NCBI GenBank assembly: GCA_012295275.1
Contig: CM022670.1
Span: forward strand, 18,352,001 to 18,416,000
Length of the DNA stretch: 64,000 bases
Direction of reading: 5' to 3'
Source of the DNA: Chrysomallon squamiferum
Taxonomy: Eukaryota > Animalia > Mollusca
Shown here piece by piece: positions 41,593 to 52,839 of the stretch. How positions within the stretch are numbered: position 1 is the first letter of the stretch; each line of letters starts with the position of its first letter. The notes beneath the pieces were generated by a model that saw nothing but the letters and a program-made list of their open reading frames with translations, had not been told where the DNA came from and ran no database searches. The position numbers and the translations under genes were made by a program.

Positions 41593-44098
41593 TGTGTTTT
41601 ATAACAACATTTAATAATATTCTATTTTATAATTTATCAGCTATTTGTATTATTGTTATTATTTTGTGATTATTCTTCATATTACTATTTTATAATGAAG
41701 GGTCGAATATTTTTCAGTAACTGTGCGCTAGACATATTTGTAATCTAGTCATACTGATAAAAATCACAATGTGAGGACACGTAGTAATATCCCATGATCA
41801 CTTAGCAGTAAGAACAGGAATAAGAAATGTGCATGTGGTTTCAGTCCAGAACAACATTTGGTTATACTCTTCTTTTTTTATATATTCTTAAAATAACATT
41901 CGGCATATTATTGCTGTATTATAGAAACATACTATTTATAGTAATTATCTTTTTGAATAACATTTATTAATTTAATGTATAATTATTAACATTACATTTT
42001 ATTGTCATTGTGTTTTCTGACGTTTAAACATGTCGTCATTGTTGTTTTATTACATTTATAATTTAATAATACTGAACTTATTTATTATAATATTGAGTGA
42101 TATTAATTATTCTGTCACTTATAAAAACATTTATTAGTTTTCTGTGTTTCATTATTATAGACATTTAAAATTTCACTTATAATAACAAATTAATATTTTA
42201 CTGATCATTATCTTTTAATTACAGCAGTTAATATTTTTTTACATTTAGTAAATTACAAGCTGTATTTCACATCTTTCTTTGGGTATTGTTTTAGGTTACA
42301 GGAATTAAAATTTTTAAACTGAGACAATCATTTATTCCCCTTGAATCTGTGGCTCCTTTTTCATTGTTTCTTTATGATTATCATATATCTTATTAATTTA
42401 AAGAAAAAAAAAAAAGAGAAAAAAAAAAGCATTTAGTCTGATCTATATATTCGATAGACTGTTTTTGTGTTAATGCTATGTTTGTTTATTTACCGTTTTG
42501 TTTATATTACTATCATTAATACTAGTAGCAGTAAAAACTACATTCAACAATAATTACAGATTCATACAAATTAATTTAAATTTATATTTTTTTTCCCATC
42601 CGTTTTTGTTCTAATTAGCATAAAAGATTAAGTTAAAATTATCCAGTTCTTTGAATTTGAAAGTTATTGCATCACTAATGTCTAATAACATTCGAAAATA
42701 ATGTCAGGTTTTCTGTCACGTTTCTTTATCTTTTTTTTTTTTTTTTTTTCTTAATGCAGAGGTTAAAATGTTATGAGAACGTATCGTGAAAAAACCCAAA
42801 TAATATGAAGATTTAAATTTAAAAAACGTGATATGAATTGTGTTTGGGAAGGGAGATTTATTACGACTGTAACTAAGCAAGCGACCAGGCAGCCACTGAA
42901 AGTGAAACGTGATGTTAACAGAGCCGGTCTCTCGTGTTTATTAACCTATAATTTATTTGTATTTATTATTAAAAGCAAATCACTGTCTTAACACTGTCAC
43001 AGGTTTATTAAAATGTATGCTGCAAATGAATATATTGTAAAATAATGGTCATAATCACTATAATTACAAACATAACGGATGACTCACCTCGCGGCACAAC
43101 ATTCACTTCCAAAAACCCCAAACAGCAGGTCGGTATGACCCAGATTCTATAAATAGATTGTTTGTTGTTGTTTTTTTTTTTTTTTGTTTTTTTAAACAGA
43201 AAAACGTTATTCCAGAAACAACAAGTAGAACTATTCCTTACTTTATCACCATTTCGTACTTAGTCGATAACCTGCAAAATGAAAAACTAAAATGTTGATT
43301 TATGTTTGCAGATGGCAGGCATGAGAAAGGAAATAACATTCTTAGATTCTAGACATGAATATGTCACAGCGCAGGATTTCTTGTGACCTGTAAATACGGA
43401 AGGACAGAAAGAGGTTTGTCGAAAACTATTATTATTATTATTTTAATTATTTTCTATTTATTTTTTAGTACTGTAAGATCATTAAAATACTTTTTAGTTG
43501 TAGATATATTTTAAGATTAAAAGGTATATATGTATTTGAAATTAAAAAAAATTAAATAAATAAAAAAAAAAAAAAAAAAAAAAATGATAAAAAGAACCTC
43601 TGAATATTATTGCTCTACAAACAATCCAAACATTTACGGAAAGAATCGATGGTTTCCGAATGTGGTTCGGAAATTAACTACAATTTAATTGAATTTTAAA
43701 ACTGGATTTCCTCCCATACTCAAACTACGCAGAACTACATCCAGCAATTAATATAAGTTATTTTATTAATAAATAAATAAATAAATAAATAAGAACAAGG
43801 AAGCAGCTTCCGTGTATATATAAAATAATTCTTATAAATATATAAAGCAAAGGCTAGATATAAAATAATTTCACTTCAGATTTTTATAAATTAGATCAAT
43901 ATTTTTTCAAATATAGTGAGTTTCTTTGTTAACAGCTGCATAGATAACGTTCAGGTAATACTGAAATAATAAAAAGTTAATATCCCTGTCTAAAAAGTTG
44001 GTGACTGTTAGAAATATCCAGAAATAATTAATCTGTTTTTTTATCATCTTCAGAAAGTCTATTTTACTATTTACTTAATTCTGTTATAGTCAAAAGTA

Positions 44099-45262
44099 AT
44101 GGAAGCCGACTTCAGTTCATTGCCAGAAATTGTCTGGGTTAAAGTAATGGCAAATCTCACTCTTCGAGACCGGCATTCTCTGTCTTTAACCTGCCATGCA
44201 CTATATTCTGTTTTCATTCATCCATCGCTTTGGAAGACTGTGAAAATATTTCTTCTAGGAGGAAATAACAATTTTGGTCCCTGTAAAACATTCATGTCAA
44301 AAGCATGCTTGAAGATGATTGAACGGTTTGGACAATTTTTTCAAGATGTTACAATAAAAATATTGGGTCATATTATCAGCATTGATTCAGATACAAATTT
44401 AGTTATTGGATATATGGCTGAAAAGTGTCGCCTGGAAACTCTAACGCTTGAAGCTGGTCAGTTGGTATCAAGGTTTCACCTTGGTGGAATGAAACCACAA
44501 GAAGCTGCTCTATTGGCATTAGTTGCAATAGTTAGTAAGGCGTGCAAATTGCGGAAAATTAATGTTATATCCTGGCCTATGTATCCAGATATGTTTCGGA
44601 ATTCGACGTTAAATATTTTTGAGATAATGATGAAAAATGAAAAGATTAAAAATCTTGAATCTCTCAGTTTGTTCTGGAATAAAGGGAGCTGGTCGGAACG
44701 AAAACCGCTGCTACCTTCACCTAGTTATGTCCTTCGAATGATACATCACTTCAGACAACTCACCCATCTTGCTCTTCGACTGGCCATGTTGGACAGTTCT
44801 GTGATGCATGAAATTGCCGAATCAAACCGAGCGAAACTTCAATTACTACAAGTTTTTGTTGATTCCTCCGATGAAATATCTCACATTTCTACACAGGACT
44901 GGCAAGATCTTAAACGTTCCTGTCCAGAATTGCAAGTAGAAGTTGCCATAATGGCTCAAGTCCGACATTTTGATTTGAGTACTATTTTAACTCCAAAAAC
45001 TCCTCTGACATCAATAACCTTTTTAAAGTATTCTACCTGCAATGAACAGCTCTTAAATTCTTTAGCTAACATGTACCATGCTAGTTTAAAGGATTTTTTT
45101 AGTCACTGTCAAATGTCGAACATTGACGAATCTTTGGCAGATTTCACAACAAAATGTAATCATCTGGTAAAACTAGTTGTCACACAGGAATTAGAGCAAG
45201 AAACGGTTTCTCACATAAAATCACTGCACGAATGGAGTCAGTTATATTTGAGGGTGAAGTGA
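44099..45262 (+). CDS. F-box/LRR-like protein, 387 aa, paralogue of the 38410-39843 gene
   Basis: F-box LPEIVWVKVMANLTLRDRHSLSLTCHALYSVFIHPSLW. It shares CRL..LT, SWP, L..FW....W.ER, HF..LTHL.LRL.ML and E.A.S.R motifs with the neighbour. A TATA-like run is at ~43815, and there is a short 5'UTR intron (donor 43955, acceptor 44053). Confidence 0.9.
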   Translation: MEADFSSLPEIVWVKVMANLTLRDRHSLSLTCHALYSVFIHPSLWKTVKIFLLGGNNNFGPCKTFMSKACLKMIERFGQFFQDVTIKILGHIISIDSDTNLVIGYMAEKCRLETLTLEAGQLVSRFHLGGMKPQEAALLALVAIVSKACKLRKINVISWPMYPDMFRNSTLNIFEIMMKNEKIKNLESLSLFWNKGSWSERKPLLPSPSYVLRMIHHFRQLTHLALRLAMLDSSVMHEIAESNRAKLQLLQVFVDSSDEISHISTQDWQDLKRSCPELQVEVAIMAQVRHFDLSTILTPKTPLTSITFLKYSTCNEQLLNSLANMYHASLKDFFSHCQMSNIDESLADFTTKCNHLVKLVVTQELEQETVSHIKSLHEWSQLYLRVK

Positions 45263-46134
45263 AAAACAAAAGAGAAGACAAAACATCAAATAATCATAGT
45301 TCAGAAACCACTGATCTGTCAGTCTCATAAATTATCTTTATAATACTAATATTCAAACTATAATAACAAACGTAACAACATTAAAAGTACTTTGGTATAA
45401 TCGTTTGCCAGTATTAACTACTATCATTAATAATAATAATACCAGTATTAATCATTACTTCTACTCTAGTTATATTACAATACAGTTCTTCTGTGACTTC
45501 TTTTACACCTGCTATACCATTATTACTGTCATTACTGTCATTACATAGTAATTCTAATATTATCACTATAACCATAGTTATCACCTGCCTTAATACTACT
45601 AATGCTGCTGTCATGGTCACAAAGATCCCACTACATTGTTACTGTGACATAAAACTGAAGACAGTGATTATAGTTAATCTTTATAATATATATTTGTCAT
45701 GAGGAATAACTGGATAAAAATAGTTACTTGCATAATGAGTTTTAGATAAAACATAGTAATACAGTTTCCTAAAGCTAAAATCAGAAAATAACAATTATTT
45801 TTGCTTAAAAACCCTGAGGGAAAAAACAACACACTAATGAAAACAAATAAATCAAAATTTATAGTGTATAATTCAGATCTTTTTTTTTTTTTTTCAAACT
45901 GAACTTACAAAATACAGAAAAAATCCCGTGCCAACAGTTCTGATGCAATAATCGATCTTTTTACTTTTCGATGTCAAATAATTTTATTTATTCTCTCAAA
46001 ATACGTTTATTTTTGTTTTCCCCTATTGTGAACTGGCCCATCCTAAATACCTTTCGCAAAAATCTGATGAAATGATCAAAATAAATGTACTGCGAAAAAG
46101 CTCGAAATTCTGAGTCTAATATAATCTGTATACG

Positions 46135-46202
46135 GCAATATTTACAGTTGTTGCATGTTTGCAAATAAGGTATATATAATGTACAAACCAAACGAGTTCA
46201 GT
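46135..46202 (+). promoter_or_regulatory. TATA/Inr core promoter of orphan paralogue A
   Basis: Forkhead-like GCAAATA, TATATATAA, and TCAGT ~29 bp downstream. The upstream block is conserved with 48321-48368. Confidence 0.65.
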
Positions 46203-46339
46203 ATTGCCGTCTTTTCATAAAAGCCTGAAAGTGAAAGAAATTAAAGGCATCGTTTCGGGTCGTGTTCAATAGAATTCGCGACAGAAATTCATTAACTGTT
46301 GTCAGATATAAAAAATAGAAGTCCACAACGAACAAAAGA

Positions 46340-46861
46340 ATGGAGGATCGAAACAGTGAATTTTACAAAGATAAAATGACCCAGCCATCTTTCGAAAGTA
46401 AATGCCCAGCACAAACGAACGCGGACACAGAAACTGATGATAATTTTCAAAGAAAACGAAGATATCGATTTCACTGGCACCAGTGTAAAAAGGATTTCAA
46501 ACGAAATTGTGTTAATAACGAAAACATGGACGACCGCCATTGTAAGGTGGAAGAAAATGATTATAAAAGCACTTTTCGCCAAAGAATGCATCACAGACGA
46601 CAGATGTGGCGTCACTACTGGGAAAATTATGATCATCCTAAAATATCGGCGGAGAAAATAGCTATCACTGTGAACGGACAAACTACTTACGTGCCGACAG
46701 TCGAACTTCCCGCGATGCCGCCTGCATTTTATTTTCCATTTGGACCCAGAAACAGAAATTTTGGACGCTGGCGAAATGCATGTACTAGCCACAACGGAAG
46801 AAACATTAGTGAAGATGATAAACCATTATTTAAAGAATTTGATTTTGTTCATGGTTCATAG
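46340..46861 (+). CDS. Orphan single-exon protein, 173 aa, Arg/His/Trp-rich (paralogue A)
   Basis: Complex, GC-richer ORF. TATATATAA (46171-46179) is followed by Inr TCAGT (46198-46202), and AATAAA is at ~47406. It is collinear with the 48534-49034 ORF. No family recognised. Confidence 0.75.
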   Translation: MEDRNSEFYKDKMTQPSFESKCPAQTNADTETDDNFQRKRRYRFHWHQCKKDFKRNCVNNENMDDRHCKVEENDYKSTFRQRMHHRRQMWRHYWENYDHPKISAEKIAITVNGQTTYVPTVELPAMPPAFYFPFGPRNRNFGRWRNACTSHNGRNISEDDKPLFKEFDFVHGS

Positions 46862-48299
46862 AAACTAAGAATGTTCAGATTCAGATAATATTACACGCGG
46901 AACAAAAAGGGTAGGACACCGCGTGTAATTCAGCCCAAGTGACATTCTTTGTGAGAAAATAACTGCTCGTGACATTTGTTTATTATTACTATTATTATTG
47001 CAAGAAATATAAATATATTTATATTCATTTAGAATTTTAGAGTAATCTATTACTAAAATATCTGAATATTTACTATTGTGTTCTGAAAAAAAAAGTGACA
47101 TAATACATGATTTTATAATTCATATAAATAGACTCTGAGCTTATTATTATTACTATTATTATTATTATTATTTATTTATTTTTAACCACATCATACAAAC
47201 AGATATTTATTTATTTATTTATTTGTTGTTGTTGAAGTTATTACCACACATACTCATACACACACACAGAATAGTATACACGTTTTGAAATGTACTACCA
47301 GAGAAATTTGTTATAATATTTCTAACAATTCGAAATAAGATTTATTATGTTTTGTAATCATACTTTATGTATACTGTATACTGTCAGCACTGACGTTTGA
47401 TAAATAATAAAATTTAACTATTTCCAATACATTGTATTGTCTTTTTGTTGTTCTGATTGGCTTTATTGCAAAGTACTTCAATTTAATATATATATATAGA
47501 AGAAGAAGAAGAAGAAGAAGAAGAAAAGAAAAATTGGAATTGAAATTGAAATGGATTTTAAAAAAATATATTTTTTTTTTTACTTCTTTTATTTCAGTGG
47601 TTACAAGATAATTACTATACCATAAAATCGTTAATCTATACTATTACTAATATCAATATTGCTTGAAATCAAAACACAATAACAGGTAACAGTGTAAATG
47701 AAAATTAAATTATAAAGAAAATACAGACTGATCGTCACCACCGCCAACCAGACGAGCAATTTAAGCAAACAAATCGTAATTAATTAAATATATATATTTA
47801 ATTATTATTACTTAATTGTAGACATAACGAAGAACAGTAATAATAAGTAAATACAAAATATAAAAAACACATTACCTTAAAATACGGTTTCCAAACTATG
47901 GATTCTTTCTTTCTTTTTCTTTGTTGTTTTATTAATATTTTAAATTAGAAATTATGAAGAATAAAGACAGCATTAAAATTAAAATTAATTGTTATCCTGA
48001 ATATTAATCAGAATTATTTCACTGATTATTACAGAAGACAGTTTTTTAATCCCCGTCTAATAATTGTAATACGAGCGTAATATATATTCTGATGAAATGT
48101 TTAACGTACTATTAGATTTCCTTTCCTTTTATTAATAGTTATTTAGTTAGTTAGCTTTGTTAGTTTAGTTCAGATTAATTTAGTTTAGTTTAATTTTAGT
48201 GTTTAATAAAATTTTGCACTGTCACTGAAATCTGACGTTATCCTTTCCGCACCTTTTCGTTGACCGACGGAAAAGCACGAGAATGGCTGCAGAGGTCAT

Positions 48300-48395
48300 T
48301 CATTGGTTGAGTTCGCTGCTGCAACATTTACCGATTGTTGCGTGATATTGTAAACAAGGTGTATATAAGTTATAACACAATCAGTGACTATCATT
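48300..48395 (+). promoter_or_regulatory. CCAAT/FOX/TATA core promoter of orphan paralogue B
   Basis: ATTGG at 48302-48306, TTGCGTG at 48338-48344, GTAAACA at 48350-48356, TATATAA at 48362-48368 and TCATT at 48391-48395. Confidence 0.65.
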
Positions 48396-48533
48396 TCTAT
48401 TCTGTCTTTTGATATCATCGAGAAAGGTGAAAGGAAACAAAAAATATTTAATTTGATATTTGTTGAAACATTTTAACTGCTGATATCGCCAAATCGTTGA
48501 AGAAAGAAAAAGAAAAAACTTAAGAACCAAAGG

Positions 48534-49034
48534 ATGGCTGATAAAGATCGTGGAACCAACAAAGATCAGACAGTTGCAAATAATTCTTCAGCTCGAACAG
48601 ACAATGAAACTTCAGTGGATGACAGTTTTGGAGGATGGGGAAACCGTTTTCGATGGCGTCAAGGAAGGGGATTTTTTGGAAACAGAGGAAATCCTGACAG
48701 CTGTCCGTGTATGGCGGAACAAACACCCCCATGTATGTCTGAAGAAGGTCCCCCATGCATGACAGGGGCGACACCTCCATGTATGTCGGAAGAAGGTCCC
48801 CCATGCATGACAGGGGCGACACCTCCATGTATGTCGGAAGAAGGTCCACCATGTATGTCAGGAGAAACTCCTCCATGTATGTCGGAAGCAGGACCACCGT
48901 GTATGACGGGAGAAACTCCTCCGTGTATGACCGACGATGGACCACAATGTATGGGATTCCGCCAGAGACGAAGACAAAGGTGGCAAGCATGTTGGCAAAA
49001 CGACGATGGATGTCCCAGCGTGCAGGTGAAATAA
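48534..49034 (+). CDS. Orphan single-exon protein, 166 aa, with 11 Cys-Met (PPCM) repeats (paralogue B)
   Basis: Open frame with TATATAA at 48362-48368, a reverse CCAAT at 48302-48306 and AATAAA at 49573-49578. The repeat units vary synonymously while keeping PPCM. Flanks align with the 46340 protein. Confidence 0.8.
   Translation: MADKDRGTNKDQTVANNSSARTDNETSVDDSFGGWGNRFRWRQGRGFFGNRGNPDSCPCMAEQTPPCMSEEGPPCMTGATPPCMSEEGPPCMTGATPPCMSEEGPPCMSGETPPCMSEAGPPCMTGETPPCMTDDGPQCMGFRQRRRQRWQACWQNDDGCPSVQVK
48702..48953 (+). repeat. Coding minisatellite, 24-nt unit (48-nt higher-order), ~10.5 copies
   Basis: Units of CCN CCR TGY ATG plus 12 nt, with spacers alternating between SEEG/SEAG/TDDG and TGAT/SGET/TGET. 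Confidence 0.95.
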
Positions 49035-49259
49035 ATACCGATTTCGATGGATTTTGCAGACGACGTACATCTAGCGGCTAGATGCTGCCTGTTCTTTATT
49101 TCATGTTAAGAAATATTAGGAATTAGAAATTCTGACGGTAATGCAAGATTCCTAATGAATACAAGAATGGACCGAGAAGACGTTTTGAGAATTTGACAAT
49201 GAAAGTGTAAGAAGTTATTGATGAAATTTGATGTTTTTAACTACTACTACTACAATTAC

Positions 49260-49304
<45 letters not shown>

Positions 49305-50887
49305 ATTTATTTATTTATTATGTTGTTTTGATTATATTGCTTAAACAAAATTAATTAATTAATGATGATGGTAATAATAATAATAATTCTAGACTTTGCT
49401 AATCGCTTTATATTAATTATACTGTAGATTTTTATTTTTCAATCACTTGATGTCGTACAGTTATTTATTTATTTACAGTTACTGAAGATGTCGTATTTTT
49501 TCAAATGTAATATTATTTCTTCAAACATTTTTATTTTTTAATTATATTTTTAACAAATTATTGAGACTATATAATAAATGTTGTATTGTGACTATTGTAT
49601 TTTGTATTATGTTACTCTTGATGTTATAGCTAGATACTTAAAATATTTTAAAGAAAATTCGAAAATCAATTGGAAGTCTTTGAATTTATTTTTAATTTGT
49701 TTTTAATCTTTCCATTAATACAGTATTAATTATTTCGTTCTATTCTACCTTTTTCTTTCTTTCTTTCTTTCTTCAGACTAATATTCTGTTATTTACTTAG
49801 CTATTCATATAGTCAATGACTCGTTAGCTAAAAGCACACCGCTACATACCTTTGTTTCACCAGTATACGACAACCGTAGAATATCCGCTATATGACGGCA
49901 CAGGATTGTTTGAAAATCACTGTCCTTTGTGCGAACCGTAACGGTAGAGTGACGCAATTTTCTTCGATTTTTGCATCAGATAAAGGCCAGCTAGTTACTT
50001 TATTACATCAGAATTTCACCAATAACATGTCAGATAAAGAAATGAAAAAAAAAAAAAAAACTAGAAAAAAATAATTAAGAAAGTATAACTCGTAGTTGAT
50101 ATGTCTTTGTTACATGCGTATGCAAATTTTTCTTAGTATGAATGGATACTTGTGACAGAATTTTTTTTAATTAATTAATTAATTAACAATAGTAATAATA
50201 ATAATAATAATTCTGATGATACTGATGGATGGAATTTATTTTAAAAAGGTATCTTAATATACAACAGTTAATGACATATTCTAGTTTACTATATTTTAAT
50301 TATCTGGACTTACAAAAAGAAAGATTACGTGTACGACTGGAAATAATAAATAAATATCAACGTTAATATCATTCGTTTAAAATGTTTTCTTTCTTTCTTC
50401 TCCATCTTTTTTTTTTATATATATATATATTTTTTTTTTTTATTATTATTCTTATTCTTATTCTTATTTTAATTTCAGTTCTTCTTATTATTACTACTAC
50501 TAAAAGTATTACTGCTGTTAAATAGAAAAAGGTTCTACATTTTTGTCTTAAATATCGAGGGACGTAACTCGTGCTTAACCTCTGACCGGTGAGTTAAAAT
50601 TATCTCTTCATGATAAGTTGAGATCAACACTTTTTAAATAGACTTAAATTTAAAACACGAAACGTATTTAATGTGCAGTATTTAGATGTTTATTGCAAGT
50701 TGTTACTCAAATCTGCAAGCATGTAATCAACACCTTATATATTTTTGATAAACTTTTAAACTCTCGCTACCCCACTCTCTCTCTCTCTCTCTTAACAATT
50801 TAGAAATGTCAGTTAATAATAATTTATTATATAATCAGTATATGAATAAAATTCATTAGCATTTGAATAGAAACGGTAACTATTTTT

Positions 50888-50889
<2 letters not shown>

Positions 50890-50960
<71 letters not shown>
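50890..50960. repeat. (CT)n microsatellite
   Basis: Directly visible. Confidence 0.95.
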
Positions 50961-50962
<2 letters not shown>

Positions 50963-51659
50963 GAGTGTGTTTATGAAGGTGAGCGTATATGTGAATGTGT
51001 CTGTAACAGCATATCAAGCAAGCCACCTGTATGTATGTATATATGCATGTTAAAATATGTAAAACGTAAGAAGAAATTCATTACTGTCATTCTGTTGGTT
51101 ACTATTATCAATCGCCATAATCAGATAATGAATGTACTGATCAAAAGGAAAGCTTTCCTACTATCCACTGAGACTTGCATAGAAAGGAAGCATATACAAT
51201 TAATCAAAATGCTATGCAGCAATGTATAACAAACTTGTCGTTTAGAATATTTTCAAATATCGACAAGATTCAGAAGACACATTATCGGACAACAAATGAG
51301 TTTCTAATGATAAATGTAATAAAAAGAAAGTCGCTTAGATTCCTGTAGTTGTAACACATAGTACAACCTAGGAGGAGGTCAGATCTGATCCTAATATCTA
51401 TCGCATCTTAATCAAGAATTGTCAACTTTTTCTTCATAAAAGACGAAAAATATTCACAGTTCACATTCTTAAACAATCTAATATCAGTCTTGAATTTTAA
51501 AAATGTAGAAACGTTAAATGAACAGAGACAGGAATAAAAAGAAATTTGTGTCTGAGAAACAGAAAAATGAGACAAATTTTCCCCTATTAGTTTCTCTATC
51601 TCTCCCTCTCCCTCTTTCGCTCCCTCCCCTCTCTCTCCCTCCCCCCTCTCTCTCTCCAG

Positions 51660-51693
<34 letters not shown>

Positions 51694-52771
51694 ATAAAGA
51701 TAGAATAGCGTGAAAATGATGTTTACGTGTGTGGGGTGTGTGTCAATGTGTGTGTTTGTGTGTGTAAGAGAGAGTGGTAGTATCAAAATAGAATATATCA
51801 TCTTCATTTGAACATGTTACACTAAGTTTTACAAGATATGTTTGCAGACGTTCCTAGTTTTAAAGTACAGGATGAACCCAGATGACACACTTTGTAATTA
51901 ATTTACTTTGACACTGATAAATTATAATCTTGTCGTGAAAATTGTTCCCACTTAGTCTCAACTTTAGTAGAAGAAAAAGCCTCTTTTCACATATGAAATA
52001 TTTTCTATAATGATATATTTTCAAAACAAATAAGTAATAGCAATCTTACCACGCGAAAACTAAACACAGACACCTGCAAATGTGTTTCATTATTAAACAG
52101 TTAATAAAATAATATTTTATATTATGTTTCTTATCTTTAATTTTTTTATTTTTTATTAATATTATTCATTGTTTACTTTCTAAAAAAAAAATACAAAGAG
52201 AGTTTGGTGACGCGTTAGGTATTAATGGGATCTATTTTCGTGACAATAACTGTCTATAATAACTTTCAACAAAGAAATCATTCATCGTTCTCTTACAATT
52301 TCTATTACCTTAGAGCCGTGTTGCAGCTTGTTAAAACGGCATTATAATTTTATAGCTTTGTTTATGTTATTCAGAAACACATCCACACCCAGGAGACCTT
52401 TGTAAACTAAGTTAAACAGGTACTAAAAATTATACATACATGTATGTATGTATGTATATATATATATCCACATTCATACATACATACATACATAGAAACA
52501 ATCATACATACACACACACACACATACATACATACATACATACATATGTACACGTATACACACGTATATACATTTTTCAGAAAGTACTGAAGGTTACTGT
52601 TCTTTTATATAAACCATATCAAAGATTATGACAGCACATATTGTGTTATTGTTTTTCTCTTATTTATTTATTTATTATTTACATTTTATTGCTTTTTTTA
52701 TTATTATATTGCATAACGTTATCAAGTGTCGTGATCGTATTCAGTGCACTAAATCACAATATCGAAACCGG

Positions 52772-52772
<1 letters not shown>

Positions 52773-52836
<64 letters not shown>
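52773..52836. repeat. (TG)n microsatellite
   Basis: Directly visible; followed by (TAATA)n at ~52919-52966. Confidence 0.95.

Positions 52837-52839
<3 letters not shown>

Noticed and set aside
46292-46792. 166-aa antisense ORF over orphan A (likewise 56062-56562 over the 127-aa gene)
   Set aside because: These are shadow ORFs; promoter, polyA and paralogue evidence favour the + strand.
48206-48222. Metal response element upstream of the Cys-Met gene
   Set aside because: The closest match, TGCACTG, fails the MRE core TGCRCNC, so MTF-1 control is not supported.
48702-48953. Repeat array as a CRISPR-like structure
   Set aside because: There are no unique spacers, the context is eukaryotic, and the array is an in-frame coding tandem repeat.
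49032-49034. Stop-codon readthrough or selenocysteine recoding in orphan B
   Set aside because: The stop is TAA rather than TGA, and the downstream homology is broken by frameshifts and further stops.
48520-49081. Overlapping alternative-frame and antisense ORFs across the PPCM repeat
   Set aside because: These are by-products of a stop-free 24-nt repeat. Variation is synonymous in the PPCM frame, which also aligns with the paralogue.
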